Shown here: positions 32,428 to 42,508 of the stretch, piece by piece
Layout: every line of letters begins with the position of its first letter
Position numbering within the stretch: the stretch's first letter is position 1
Source of the DNA: Verrucomicrobiales bacterium
GTDB taxonomy: Bacteria; Verrucomicrobiota; Verrucomicrobiia; Limisphaerales; UBA9464
NCBI GenBank assembly: GCA_040375265.1
Contig: JBEISV010000001.1
Location: 1-62,993 of the forward strand
Length of the DNA stretch: 62,993 bases
Direction: 5' to 3'
Notes under the pieces: generated by a model
The model's database searches: none
What the model was told of the DNA's origin: nothing
The model's input: only the letters and a program-made list of their open reading frames with translations
Made by a program: the position numbers and the translations under genes

Positions 32428-34677
32428 TCACGGCCAGCTCACCACGGCCGTCGCCGCCGTTGAGGGATCGGCGCGTTCTTGCAGCGATTTGACGAGGTTT
32501 GCCGCTTTCCGGACCACCGGCCCCGCGAAGACTTCCCGCCCGTTCAACGTGACCTTGAGCGGATCGTCGAGGTCCAGCAGGCGGTCCGAAAGGCGCAGGC
32601 AGAGGGTGGCGGCGGAGTCGCCTTCGATGGCGATGGTCCGGCCGGTCACGGTGGCGACGATCTTCTGGCGCTCCCGGATCGCGGCCCGGTCGCCAACCTG
32701 TAGCCAGTAGAAGCGCTCGTGGACCACGTCGTCCTGCTGCCAGACGACGCGCTTCGGCCAAGGGTCGCGCGCAAACTGCGCCATCCAAGGCACGCCCTCG
32801 GCATCCTTGCGCTGCATCCAGTGCCCCAAACCTTCGTAGATGCGGACGAAATGCACGTAGCCGCCTGCGTCATCCTTTTCCAACTGGTCAAGCAGGGCTC
32901 CCCGTTCGGCGGCGATCTTATTGCGGTTGTAGGCCTTGTCCTCGCCGCCCATGAAGATGGCGAACGGCAGGTTCCGCAGCCCGAGCAACGAGGCTTCGTT
33001 CGGATGACCTGCCATCATCGCGGCGGCGGCAAAGCGGTCAGCCATGCGGGGCGCGAGCTGCCAAACGCCGTCACCGCCGGCCGAATAGCCCATGAGGTAA
33101 ACCTTGTCGGGATTCACGCCGCGGAGCGCGACGTAATCCTCGATCAGGCGTTGGAACAGGCCGTCCACGTGGGCTTCGTGCCAGAGATTCCAGGTGTCGG
33201 TCGGACCGCGCGGCGCGACGTAAATGCCCTCGGCCGGCTGGTAGAGCCCGATCTGGTTGGTCCACTGCTTGTCATTCACCGCGGCGGGGGCGTTGCCGCC
33301 GCCATGCATCGATATCCACAGGCTGCGGCCGTTGGTCGGCGCATCGCCGAACGTCTTGTTCATCCACCGCAGGGTTTTGTCGCCGAGGGTGATGGATTTC
33401 TGCTCCAGCTCGTCCTGACGCTCGTCGCGCAACTGCGCGGTCCGGTCGGCGACCAGCAGTTCCAACGCCCGGTCCGCCTCCGCCCGACTCAGCGGCAGTT
33501 GCAGCACCGGCGCATCGGCCTTGCGTTCGGCCTCGGGCAACGCGAGCCAACCTTCCAGCGCGGCGAGCGCGGCCGACACCGGCTGCAGCTCGGACCACCG
33601 GGCGTCAATCGTCGGATCGCCCTGGGCCAGGGCAGCGAACGGCATCTCGCGGACTTCCGAACCCAAGGTGAAGCGCAGCCAGCCCGTCGCGCCGGGCTTG
33701 AGCGTGAAGCGCGGCAGGTCGTTCAGGTCGGCGGTGCCGGCCTTGGTTTCGGCCAGCGCACACTGCCGGCGCACCCCGTCGAGCACACAGACCTTGGCGG
33801 CCAGCCGGGTGCCGCCGGCTTTGTCCCACAGACGGACCCCGAGGCGGGCCATTTCCCCGGGAGCGACCGCCTTGGCATAACGGGCCGTGACGTTCACCGC
33901 CGAAACGGCGTCGCTGCCGCGCGCCCAGACCATCGGGAAGGCGACTTCCCGCTTCCAAGAGGTGGCGTAGATCGCGTGTTTGGGCACGTCCGCCTTGGCC
34001 TGCGCGGCGTCCCCTACGAACCAGCCGCGGTCGAGCCCGCTGGCGTCGTATTCGTCGGCCCCGGTGAAGTGCCAGTCGCCGTCCCAAACCTCGACCCACG
34101 TGTGGTTGCCGCGCTCGTTCGCCCATAGCGGCGTGCCGACGGCCCGGGCCGGAATCCCGACCGCCCGGCAGGCATCCACCAGGATGATCGACAGGCCCGT
34201 GCAGGTCGCCTTGTTCAGGGCGATGGACTCGCTCGGGCTCTGGTTGGGGCGTTTGCGGCCGGTGTTGTAGTGGACGTTGATGAGCTTGAAGAGCCCGCGG
34301 TTCAACGCCTGCGCCGCCTCGGTGGCCGTCCGGGCGTCCCTGACCAAACCTCGGGCCTTTTCCAGGAAGTCGGCCCGCCAAGGCTCGCGGGTCTCGTCGA
34401 ACACGGCGTAGGGGAGCACGTCGTTGTGGAACAGGTCGGCCGGCACCGCCTTGGCCCACGGGAACTCCGCGCGCGCCTGGAAGGCGAGGTCGAGGTTCAC
34501 GGTGAGAAATTCCGCGGACAGCGATTCGCGATCCCGCGCCGGCATGTGTTCGACGAGGAAGCGGGCGGCAGCCATGCCAGGTTCGCCATGCCTCGCCCCA
34601 GCCGCCGTGACGAAGTCTTCCAGCGGACCGGCCCAGGCAAGTCCCGTGGCCAAAAGGAGGAGCCAAAGATAACGCAC
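32428..34677 (-). CDS. transglutaminase-like cysteine protease core fused to a C-terminal alpha/beta-hydrolase (esterase/peptidase) domain
   Basis: GTG start with signal 'VRYLWLLLLATGLAWA'. Transglutaminase core 'CTGLSIILVDACRAVGIPARAV..GNHTWVEVWDGDWHFTGADE'. Hydrolase 'LWISMHGGG..' with nucleophile elbow 'YLMGYSAGGDGVW'. Confidence 0.8.
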   Translation of the reverse strand: MRYLWLLLLATGLAWAGPLEDFVTAAGARHGEPGMAAARFLVEHMPARDRESLSAEFLTVNLDLAFQARAEFPWAKAVPADLFHNDVLPYAVFDETREPWRADFLEKARGLVRDARTATEAAQALNRGLFKLINVHYNTGRKRPNQSPSESIALNKATCTGLSIILVDACRAVGIPARAVGTPLWANERGNHTWVEVWDGDWHFTGADEYDASGLDRGWFVGDAAQAKADVPKHAIYATSWKREVAFPMVWARGSDAVSAVNVTARYAKAVAPGEMARLGVRLWDKAGGTRLAAKVCVLDGVRRQCALAETKAGTADLNDLPRFTLKPGATGWLRFTLGSEVREMPFAALAQGDPTIDARWSELQPVSAALAALEGWLALPEAERKADAPVLQLPLSRAEADRALELLVADRTAQLRDERQDELEQKSITLGDKTLRWMNKTFGDAPTNGRSLWISMHGGGNAPAAVNDKQWTNQIGLYQPAEGIYVAPRGPTDTWNLWHEAHVDGLFQRLIEDYVALRGVNPDKVYLMGYSAGGDGVWQLAPRMADRFAAAAMMAGHPNEASLLGLRNLPFAIFMGGEDKAYNRNKIAAERGALLDQLEKDDAGGYVHFVRIYEGLGHWMQRKDAEGVPWMAQFARDPWPKRVVWQQDDVVHERFYWLQVGDRAAIRERQKIVATVTGRTIAIEGDSAATLCLRLSDRLLDLDDPLKVTLNGREVFAGPVVRKAANLVKSLQERADPSTAATAVVSWP

Positions 34678-34826
34678 GCCGGCGAGGCTATCGGGTGGAC
34701 GGCGGCACTGCACGCGCGTTCCGTGGCCCGAGAAATTCCGGTGGCAGTTTTGGCCGCTTAGGGGAACTTCCGGGCAAAGCTCCGGACCGACCCTGCGGTC
34801 GGCGGCACCACCATTCGCCATTTCCC

Positions 34827-37800
34827 ATGAAACGCTGGATTCGCCTCGCCCTTGTTGGCCTGCTTGGCCTGCCTGCCCTAGCTCAGGAAACCGTCACCGT
34901 GCTGGTCGGCCTCGAGGGGCAGCCCCTCGCCGAGCTCACCGCCGGGCAAGGTTCCGGCGGTGCCGCCCGGGCCGCCGTCGGCCGTGCGATGGCCGTCCGC
35001 CGCGCCGAGATCGTCAACCAGCACGAAGCCTTGCGGCCGCGCCTCGCGGCCCTGGGCGCCGAAGTCGTCCAGCAGCATGACACCTTGGTGAACGCCGTGG
35101 TCGTCCGGCTGCCGGCCGACCGGCTCGCCGAACTCCGGGCGCTGCCGGGGGTCACCAGCGCCCGGCGCGAGCGCACCCATCATCGTAACCTCGAAACCAG
35201 CACGCCGTTCCTCGGCGCCCCGGCCGCGTGGCGCAGCCTGCCCACCGGCCTGACCGGCCGCGGGATCAAGATCGGCATCATCGACACCGGCATCGACTAC
35301 ACCCACGCCATGTTCGGCGGCTCCGGCTCCGTGGACGATTACGACAACAACGATCCCGAACAGATCGAGTCCGGGACGTTCCCCACCGCCAAGGTCGTGG
35401 GTGGCCATGACTTCGTGGGCGATGCCTACTCCGGGCCAGGCACCACCGCCCGGCCCGACCCGGATCCGCTCGATCCGCCGCTGGCCGGCCACGGCAGCCA
35501 CGTGGCGGGCATCGCGGCCGGTTTGGGCGCGCTCAAGAATGGCGAGACCTTCGCCGGCAATTATTCCGCGCTCACCGATTTCAACCAGTTCGAGATCGGC
35601 CCCGGCGTGGCGCCACAGGCCAGCCTCTACGCCCTGAAAGTGTTCGGAGAATTTGGCGGCACCTCGGACAGCGTGGTGATTCAGGCCCTGGAATGGGCGC
35701 TCGACCCGAACAAGGACGGTAATTTCGCAGACCGGCTTGACGTGGTGAACCTCTCCCTTGGCAGCGAATTCGGCGAGGACCTCGCGGACGACCTGGAGGC
35801 GCAGGCGGTCAACCGGGTCTCGCGGAACGGCGTCCTCTGCGTCGTCTCGGCCGGCAACGGCGGCAACACCTACTTCATCAACGGTTCGCCCGGCAGTGCG
35901 CCGAACGCCCTGACCGTGGCCAATTCCTTCGACGACGGTGCCGCCTTCCAGGCGCTCAAGGTGACCGCGCCGGAGGAGATCGCCGCCGACTACGACTTCG
36001 TCGAGGGCGCCTTCACGGAGCCTTTGGACGTTACCGGGCCGGTCTCCGGCCAATTGGTCTACGCCGACCCGTCGGATGTCTGCGCCGACACCATCGCGAA
36101 TGCCGCCGCCCTCAGCGGAAAGATCGCCCTCATAGACCGCGGAACCTGCTTCTTCGTGGACAAGATCCGCAAGGCCCAGGCGGCCGGGGCCATCGCCGTG
36201 GTGATGGTCAACAACCAGCCCGGGGCCCCGATCATCATGGGCGGCGATGCCGACGACATCACCATCCCCGGCGTGATGATCTCCCGCGCCGACGGCAACG
36301 TGATCAAGTCCCAGCTCGCCCACGGCGTGCAGGTCGTGCTCGACGCCGGCGTCCGCACGACCCGGCCGGAGCTCGCAGACCGGATCGCCGAGAGCAGTTC
36401 CCGCGGACCGATCACGCCGACCGGCCGGCTCAAGCCCGACCTCGCGGCCCCTGGCACCGGCATCAAGTCCACCGGGGTCGGCACCGGCACCGAGGGCGAG
36501 TTCCTGACCGGCACCTCGATGTCCGCACCGCAGGTCGCCGGCGCCGCCGCCCTCATCCGCCAGGCCCGGCCCGCCTGGACGCCTGAGGACGTGAAGGCCA
36601 CCCTCATGAACACCGCCATCCTCATGCATGACGCCGAGGGCGACGTTTATCCGGAATCCCGCGTCGGCGCCGGCCGGATGGACGTCAGCAAGGCCGCCGT
36701 GAACCTGCTCACCGCCCGGGCCGAGGGCACCAACGGGCAGGTCAGCCTCTCGTTCGGCTTCCAGACTGTCCGCCAGCAGACTCGGCTGACGAACCGGATC
36801 CGCCTGCACAACTTCGGCGGCGTCGGCGTGACCTTCCAGGCGAGCGTCAGCAACACGGTTCCGCAATCCGGGGTCACGCTGTCCGTGCTGACCAACAACA
36901 TCATCGTCCCCGCGGGCGGGTCCGTGCTCGTCACCACGGTGCTCGACATTGACCCGGCCGGCATTGCCACCACGGGCGACGCCACCTCCGAGAGCACGCT
37001 GAACGACCGGACCCGGTTCAGCCTGCCTGAGGCGAGCGGCCAGGTATGGTTCACGGCCGCCAACGCCCGCATCCACCTGCCCTGGCACGTCGTCGTGCGG
37101 GCCGCCGCGACCTTCGACGTGCTGGCCCTGGCCATCGGCCTGCCCACCACCAACCGCTTCGAGCTGCCGGTGCCGACCCGCGGTCCCACCGGCCACCGGC
37201 AACCCGTCGTGTCCGGCTTCCTTTTCGGCGGCTCGAAAGGCGCGATCAGTGGCTTCGGGGCCGCATCCGATTTCCCCACCAAGAAGTCGGTGGGGGAAAC
37301 CCGCCTCTGGTTTGGCATCGCGCTTTCCGAGCCGTGGGAAACCCCGCAGCGGCTCTTCAAGTCAGTGGACGTCGAGATCGACCCGGTGGGCAGCGCCGCG
37401 CCGAGCTATTCCATCATCAACAGCACCATCGGCAACGTGCGCGCGCAGGAGGAATACGACGTCGGCAGCATGAACGACGCATTCGTCACTGCGATCCGCA
37501 ACGAGACGGCCACCTCCGACAAGCTCTCCGCCGTCTACGTCCTGGGCGGCATCGAGCCCGGTGTCCGCGACACGGCGATATTCAACAATTCCGTGCTCGT
37601 CCATTCCGTGAAGGCCTCCGAGATCGGGATCACCGCCGCCAAGACGAAGTTCCGCTACCGGATCAACATCGACGAGGGCACCGTTCTGAGCGACTGGGTG
37701 AACTTCGACCTCGCCAAACCCGTGCTCGACCCGACGCCCTACGGCATCGACGGCTCGCCGTTCTTCGACGAGGGCCGCGGCGTCCTCTTCAACTTCGACC

Positions 37801-38288
37801 GCAGCGAGGCCACCGCCGCCGGCTTTTCCGCGACGGTCAGCCCGCGCGTGCTGCTGCTGCACCACAACAACACCGCGGGCGCCCAGGTGGACAACCTTCG
37901 CCTCGATCTCGCCAAGGCCGACGCCGACAACGATACCCTGCCCGACCTCTGGGAACTCGCGAACCTCGGCGAACTCACCAGCAATGCCACCGGCGACGCC
38001 GACGCCGACGGCCGGACCAACGCCCAGGAATTCGCGGCCGGCACCAATCCGCTGGACGTCGCACTCACGGGCCGCACCGAAGCCGGCGCCGGCGCCACGC
38101 CGGGTTCCGCCGTGCTGCGCTGGGGTTCCGCCACCGGCCGCTACTACACGGTCGAGCGCAGCAGCAGCCTGGGCGGGCCGTTCACCCCGGTGCGCCGCCG
38201 GATCACCGCGACGCCCCCACTCAACACCTTCACGCTCCCCGACGCCGAGGCCGGCCGGCCCGTGTATTACCGGATCATGCCGGACTGA
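34827..38288 (+). CDS. secreted subtilisin-like serine protease (S8) with PA domain and large C-terminal extension
   Basis: Signal 'MKRWIRLALVGLLGLPALA'. Asp 'GIIDTGIDYTH', His 'GHGSHVAGI', Ser 'GTSMSAPQVAG'. PA 'KIALIDRGTCFFVDKIRKAQAAGAIAVVMVNN'. TSP3-like 'DADNDTLPD..DADADGRTNAQE'. Ends 'VYYRIMPD'. Confidence 0.9.
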   Translation: MKRWIRLALVGLLGLPALAQETVTVLVGLEGQPLAELTAGQGSGGAARAAVGRAMAVRRAEIVNQHEALRPRLAALGAEVVQQHDTLVNAVVVRLPADRLAELRALPGVTSARRERTHHRNLETSTPFLGAPAAWRSLPTGLTGRGIKIGIIDTGIDYTHAMFGGSGSVDDYDNNDPEQIESGTFPTAKVVGGHDFVGDAYSGPGTTARPDPDPLDPPLAGHGSHVAGIAAGLGALKNGETFAGNYSALTDFNQFEIGPGVAPQASLYALKVFGEFGGTSDSVVIQALEWALDPNKDGNFADRLDVVNLSLGSEFGEDLADDLEAQAVNRVSRNGVLCVVSAGNGGNTYFINGSPGSAPNALTVANSFDDGAAFQALKVTAPEEIAADYDFVEGAFTEPLDVTGPVSGQLVYADPSDVCADTIANAAALSGKIALIDRGTCFFVDKIRKAQAAGAIAVVMVNNQPGAPIIMGGDADDITIPGVMISRADGNVIKSQLAHGVQVVLDAGVRTTRPELADRIAESSSRGPITPTGRLKPDLAAPGTGIKSTGVGTGTEGEFLTGTSMSAPQVAGAAALIRQARPAWTPEDVKATLMNTAILMHDAEGDVYPESRVGAGRMDVSKAAVNLLTARAEGTNGQVSLSFGFQTVRQQTRLTNRIRLHNFGGVGVTFQASVSNTVPQSGVTLSVLTNNIIVPAGGSVLVTTVLDIDPAGIATTGDATSESTLNDRTRFSLPEASGQVWFTAANARIHLPWHVVVRAAATFDVLALAIGLPTTNRFELPVPTRGPTGHRQPVVSGFLFGGSKGAISGFGAASDFPTKKSVGETRLWFGIALSEPWETPQRLFKSVDVEIDPVGSAAPSYSIINSTIGNVRAQEEYDVGSMNDAFVTAIRNETATSDKLSAVYVLGGIEPGVRDTAIFNNSVLVHSVKASEIGITAAKTKFRYRINIDEGTVLSDWVNFDLAKPVLDPTPYGIDGSPFFDEGRGVLFNFDRSEATAAGFSATVSPRVLLLHHNNTAGAQVDNLRLDLAKADADNDTLPDLWELANLGELTSNATGDADADGRTNAQEFAAGTNPLDVALTGRTEAGAGATPGSAVLRWGSATGRYYTVERSSSLGGPFTPVRRRITATPPLNTFTLPDAEAGRPVYYRIMPD

Positions 38289-38383
38289 ACCCGGACGACG
38301 GACGAAATCAATCACGGCGGGTGCGGGCCATTTTGCGCTTCGCACCGCCGTTTTGCGTGGCCACGCTCAGCCAACTTCTCGCC

Positions 38384-39463
38384 ATGAAAAAGCGCACCTG
38401 GAAAATTGCCGGCATCAACTTCGACCACTTCCACATGGGCGACCTGCTCCGCTACACGCACGAGCACCCCAACGCGGAGATCGTCGGCATCAGCGACGAG
38501 CAACCCGCGCGCATGGAGGAGGCGATCCGCAAGGGCCTCGTCAGCCGCGACCGGGCCTTCACCGACTACCGCGAGTGCCTAGAGAAAACCCAGCCCGACG
38601 TCGTCATCCTGTGCCCCGCCGCGTCGAAGCACGGCGAATGGGTGAAGAAGGTGGCGCCCTTCGGCCCGCACATCATGGTGGAGAAACCCTTCGCCGCCTC
38701 GCTCAAGGAAGCCGACGCCATGGTCAAGGCGATGGGCAAGGACCAGCGCCTCATGATCAACTGGCCGCTCCAATGGGTCGGCTCGCACCGCAAAGCCTAC
38801 GAACTCGTATCCAAGGGCCTCATCGGCGAGGTGCTCAACGTCTGGCACATCGGCGGCAACCGAGGTCCGCTGTTTCATGGCGCCGACAAGGACGAGAAGA
38901 CCCGCGAACAGGTCGCAAAGGAGAAGCCGCATTCCTGGTTCTACAAAAAGGCCCAGGGCGGCGGCTCCCTGCTCGATTACCTCGGCTACGGCACCACGCT
39001 CGGCACCTGGTATCAGGGCGGACGCCGCCCGCTTGAGGTCACCGCCACGGTGGACGAACCCGCCGGCCTGGAGGTGGACGAGCACAGCATCGTCGTTGCC
39101 CGCTACGCGCACGGCCTGTCGAAGTTCGAGACGCGCTGGGGCACCTTCACCGATCCGTGGATCATCCAGCCGCAGCCCAAGTGCGGTTTCATCATCCTTG
39201 GCACCGACGGCACGGTGAGCAGCTATGACTACGACGACTACGTGACCGTGCAGACGCGCAAGAAGACCGTGCCGCACCAGGTTCCCGCGCCCGCGCCCAA
39301 GGCACCCAACCAGAACCCGGTGCAATACCTCCTGCACTGCCTCGACAAGGGCGTGCCGCTGGAAGGCCCGGTGAGCCTACCCATCAGCCGCATCGGCCAG
39401 GAGATCGTGGACGCGGCCGTGAAGAGCGCGAAACTGAAGCGGGCGGTGAAGCTGGCTCAATAG
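38384..39463 (+). CDS. Gfo/Idh/MocA family oxidoreductase
   Basis: 'WKIAGINFDHFHMGD..EIVGISD..VVILCPAASKHGEWVKKVA..IMVEKPFAASLKEAD'. Confidence 0.85.
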   Translation: MKKRTWKIAGINFDHFHMGDLLRYTHEHPNAEIVGISDEQPARMEEAIRKGLVSRDRAFTDYRECLEKTQPDVVILCPAASKHGEWVKKVAPFGPHIMVEKPFAASLKEADAMVKAMGKDQRLMINWPLQWVGSHRKAYELVSKGLIGEVLNVWHIGGNRGPLFHGADKDEKTREQVAKEKPHSWFYKKAQGGGSLLDYLGYGTTLGTWYQGGRRPLEVTATVDEPAGLEVDEHSIVVARYAHGLSKFETRWGTFTDPWIIQPQPKCGFIILGTDGTVSSYDYDDYVTVQTRKKTVPHQVPAPAPKAPNQNPVQYLLHCLDKGVPLEGPVSLPISRIGQEIVDAAVKSAKLKRAVKLAQ

Positions 39464-39511
39464 CCGATCCACCGGCGGTGATCGGCCAGCGGTCACCGCA
39501 GCTAACCGTCC

Positions 39512-40324
39512 TCACGGCTGCGGTTTCATCAGCTGCTGATAAATTAGCTCGAACGAGTCAGGTTCTAGGCTGTGGTGACCTTGGAACGGCAGATCCAAGG
39601 TCGCCAACAGGAAGATCAGGAGTCCGAGGAGCGATGCCAGCATGGCTGTCAGCAGGTCGTGCAGCCTGCGGTTTTCCAGCACCATGAGCCACGTCAGCAT
39701 GACGCTCATCAGCGAGCCGGCAAACACGACAACCCACAGGATTTCCGGCAATTGTTGGGTGACGCTGTCGAGGCGGAGCCGGCGACATTCCACGAGGTGG
39801 GTAAACTGCCGCAGGGCCTCCGCGTGGACTGCGCTCTGCCCCTCCGTCCCCGGTTCGAAGGCCGCCAAGGCTCGTTGGAACCGGGTAATGATCGGGTTGC
39901 CACCGGCGGGAACAATTCCCCGGCGCATTTCCGGCCACGCCACGTCGATGACCTGCCGGGTGTATTCGCGCAGCAAGGTGGTCAGTTCGGCCCGCTTGGC
40001 TTCCGGGTAGGTGTCCACGCTGCGGTATAGAGTTGCGACCGCAGCGGCCTCCTGGCTGACCTTGCCTTCCACCTCTCCGTAGTTCTCCCACGCGCCAACG
40101 GAAATCAGCCCGAGCGTGATCCCGTAAAGCAGGCCGACCGCCGAGAGATACTGCCCAACCACGTCATTGTAGTCGCGGTCACCCAGCCAGCGCCGAACGA
40201 GCCTCCTCGTCGCGACCTGCCCGGCGAGCGCCCCACCCACAAACACGACAATGACGATCAGGCAGAACAGCCACTGGGGCAGATCGTAGAGCCACATAAC
40301 ATTGAAGGACGATTGCATACGCAA
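39512..40324 (-). CDS. membrane protein (DUF4239-like)
   Basis: N-terminal TM 'WLFCLIVIVVFVGGALAG' and further helices 'LLYGITLGLISVGAW', 'ILWVVVFAGSLMSVMLTWLMV'. The family assignment is from memory. Confidence 0.65.
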   Translation of the reverse strand: MRMQSSFNVMWLYDLPQWLFCLIVIVVFVGGALAGQVATRRLVRRWLGDRDYNDVVGQYLSAVGLLYGITLGLISVGAWENYGEVEGKVSQEAAAVATLYRSVDTYPEAKRAELTTLLREYTRQVIDVAWPEMRRGIVPAGGNPIITRFQRALAAFEPGTEGQSAVHAEALRQFTHLVECRRLRLDSVTQQLPEILWVVVFAGSLMSVMLTWLMVLENRRLHDLLTAMLASLLGLLIFLLATLDLPFQGHHSLEPDSFELIYQQLMKPQP

Positions 40325-40590
40325 GCCGAAGCTGAATCCGGACCGCCCGATTACTCCATCCTGAACTCATCAAGCCGTGTGCCGCTGAAATCCATCCGGT
40401 AGATCATGCCGCCGTAGCCGATGGCGTAGAGGTTGCGTGCCGCGGCGGAATTGGCCGCCGGTGGGAGCCGCGGCGAAACCGGGCGGCGGCCAACCCTGAT
40501 TTTTGGCCGGGAGGGCGCCGTTGTCCCCGGAACCGTCACCGAACCGCCGATTGACCCCGGCCCCCCGGCCTCTAGGCTGGCGGCCGTTTT

Positions 40591-41820
40591 ATGAGCAAAT
40601 TGGACGAAGTGTATTCGAAGCTGACGATCAAGACCGGCGCCAAGCTCGCCCTCGTGGTGCTGGACGGACTCGGCGACATCGCCACCGCGGCGCAAGGCAA
40701 CCTCACCCCGCTGGAAGCCGCCAAGACCCCCAACCTCGACGCCCTCGTGCGTGCCGGCTGCGCACAGGGCCGCCTCACGCCCGTGGCCCCGGGCATTACG
40801 CCCGGCTCCGGCCCTGGCCACCTCGGCCTGTTCGGCTACGATCCGCTGGAATTTGAAGTCGGCCGCGGCGTGATCGAGACGCTCGGACTCGGCATTGAGC
40901 TCAAGGCCGGCGACGTCGCCGCTCGCGCCAATTTCTGCACACTCGACGACAAGGGCATCGTCACCGACCGCCGCGCCGGCCGCATCGCCACCGAGATCTG
41001 CGAGCGCCTCTGCGGCATCCTGTCCGGCAAGATCAAGAAGCTGGGCACCTCGCAGGTGTTCATCTACCCGGGCAAGGAACATCGCTTCGTCGTCGTGTTC
41101 CGCGGCGCCGGCCTCGAAGGCCCGCTGACCGACACCGACCCGAACCGCGAAGGCCTGCCGATCGCCGACGCCCAGCCGGTGGACGCCAAGAACGCCGGCC
41201 AGAAGAAGGTCGCGAAGCTCATCGCCGACTTCTACAAGGCCGCCCTGCCGCTGCTTGCCAAGGAAAAGCCCGCCAACGGCTTCCTCATGCGCGGCATCGC
41301 CCACCAGCCCGACATCCCCACGTTCGAGCAGCGCTATCAGCTCAAGGCCGCCGCCCTTGCCGTCTATCCGATGTATAAGGGCCTGAGCCAGCTCGTCGGC
41401 ATGACCAAGATCGAGGGGCCGCAGACCATCCGCGAGCAGTTCGAGCGCTACGTCGCCGAATACGAGAACTACGACTACTTCTTCATCCACTTCAAATACA
41501 CCGACAAGGCCGGCGAGGACGGCAACTTCGCCGCCAAGGTGAAGGCGATCGAGGAGTTCGACTCCGCGCTGCCCGTGCTGCTCGCCCGCAAGCCCGACGT
41601 GCTCGCCATCACCGGCGACCACTCGACCCCGTGCGCGCTCAAGGGCCACTCGTGGCATCCGCAGCCCGTGCTGCTGCACTCCGCGAGCTGTGGCAACGAC
41701 AAGCTGGACCGCTTCACCGAGACCGGCGCGAACCTCGGCTCGCTGGGCGTGATGGAGGCGAAGTATCTGATCCGCCACATGCAGGCCAATGCGAAGATGT
41801 TCGACAAGTTCGGCGCCTGA
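40591..41820 (+). CDS. apgM: cofactor-independent phosphoglycerate mutase, archaeal type
   Basis: 'LALVVLDGLGD..TPNLDAL..PGSGPGHLGLFGYDP..DRRAGRI..ITGDHSTPC'. Confidence 0.88.
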   Translation: MSKLDEVYSKLTIKTGAKLALVVLDGLGDIATAAQGNLTPLEAAKTPNLDALVRAGCAQGRLTPVAPGITPGSGPGHLGLFGYDPLEFEVGRGVIETLGLGIELKAGDVAARANFCTLDDKGIVTDRRAGRIATEICERLCGILSGKIKKLGTSQVFIYPGKEHRFVVVFRGAGLEGPLTDTDPNREGLPIADAQPVDAKNAGQKKVAKLIADFYKAALPLLAKEKPANGFLMRGIAHQPDIPTFEQRYQLKAAALAVYPMYKGLSQLVGMTKIEGPQTIREQFERYVAEYENYDYFFIHFKYTDKAGEDGNFAAKVKAIEEFDSALPVLLARKPDVLAITGDHSTPCALKGHSWHPQPVLLHSASCGNDKLDRFTETGANLGSLGVMEAKYLIRHMQANAKMFDKFGA

Positions 41821-41850
41821 GCGGTGGCCGGGAAGGCCAACGCGGAAAGC

Positions 41851-41888
41851 AAAACGCCGGCAGCATGACTGCCGGCTTTTTCATTTTT
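41851..41888 (+). terminator. rho-independent terminator after apgM
   Basis: Perfect stem GCCGGCAG-catga-CTGCCGGC (41856-41876) followed by TTTTTCATTTTT. Confidence 0.85.
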
Positions 41889-41917
41889 CGGTGCCGTTAG
41901 CGCGACCGTCTTCCGAT

Positions 41918-42508
41918 TCACCAAAGATTGATGTCCGGCCCCGGGAACGTAACCCACTCTCCATTTTCGTCCCGCTTGGAACAATCGCAGTGCGGTTCCC
42001 TTGTCGTCCGGTAGGACGAAGCGCCTTCGGGGCTGGGGTCAATCTGGGCAAAGGCCTGCTCCACCAGAAAACTGAGCCCGGAATTCAAACAACGCTCAGT
42101 CCCGGCGAAGTTCAACGCGGGTTCGTGCCTCAGTTCAACCCGCCGCGCACCGGCATAGGCTCGGCTAGCGCGATACAACGTCGCCTGAAACTTGAGCTTT
42201 GGAACGGGATCGCCGCAGTTGTAGTTGGTCAGAGGGCGTTGAAACGCTTCCGAGTTTACAAGGTCCACGAGCTTTCGAAGTTCTGGGACGCCAAATTGTC
42301 CGGAAACGGCGTGGGCATTCGCATGGCTGTTCTCGCCAAGGACTTCCCCGACACTGACCACCAGCTCAGGATTCATCGCCCGGTTGAGCGCAAAGAATGG
42401 AGCAAGAAGGATTGGAATTCTCGCGTGACCAGAATCCACCCAAGTCATCATTCCCACGACACAGGAGACGATGATTGCGATAACCACGTGCTTCCGTCGC
42501 TTTTTCAT
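41918..42508 (-). CDS. hypothetical membrane-anchored protein
   Basis: 'MKKRRKHVVIAIIVSCVVGMMTW' N-terminal anchor. No recognisable motif. Lies in a lower-GC stretch. Confidence 0.55.
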   Translation of the reverse strand: MKKRRKHVVIAIIVSCVVGMMTWVDSGHARIPILLAPFFALNRAMNPELVVSVGEVLGENSHANAHAVSGQFGVPELRKLVDLVNSEAFQRPLTNYNCGDPVPKLKFQATLYRASRAYAGARRVELRHEPALNFAGTERCLNSGLSFLVEQAFAQIDPSPEGASSYRTTREPHCDCSKRDENGEWVTFPGPDINLW

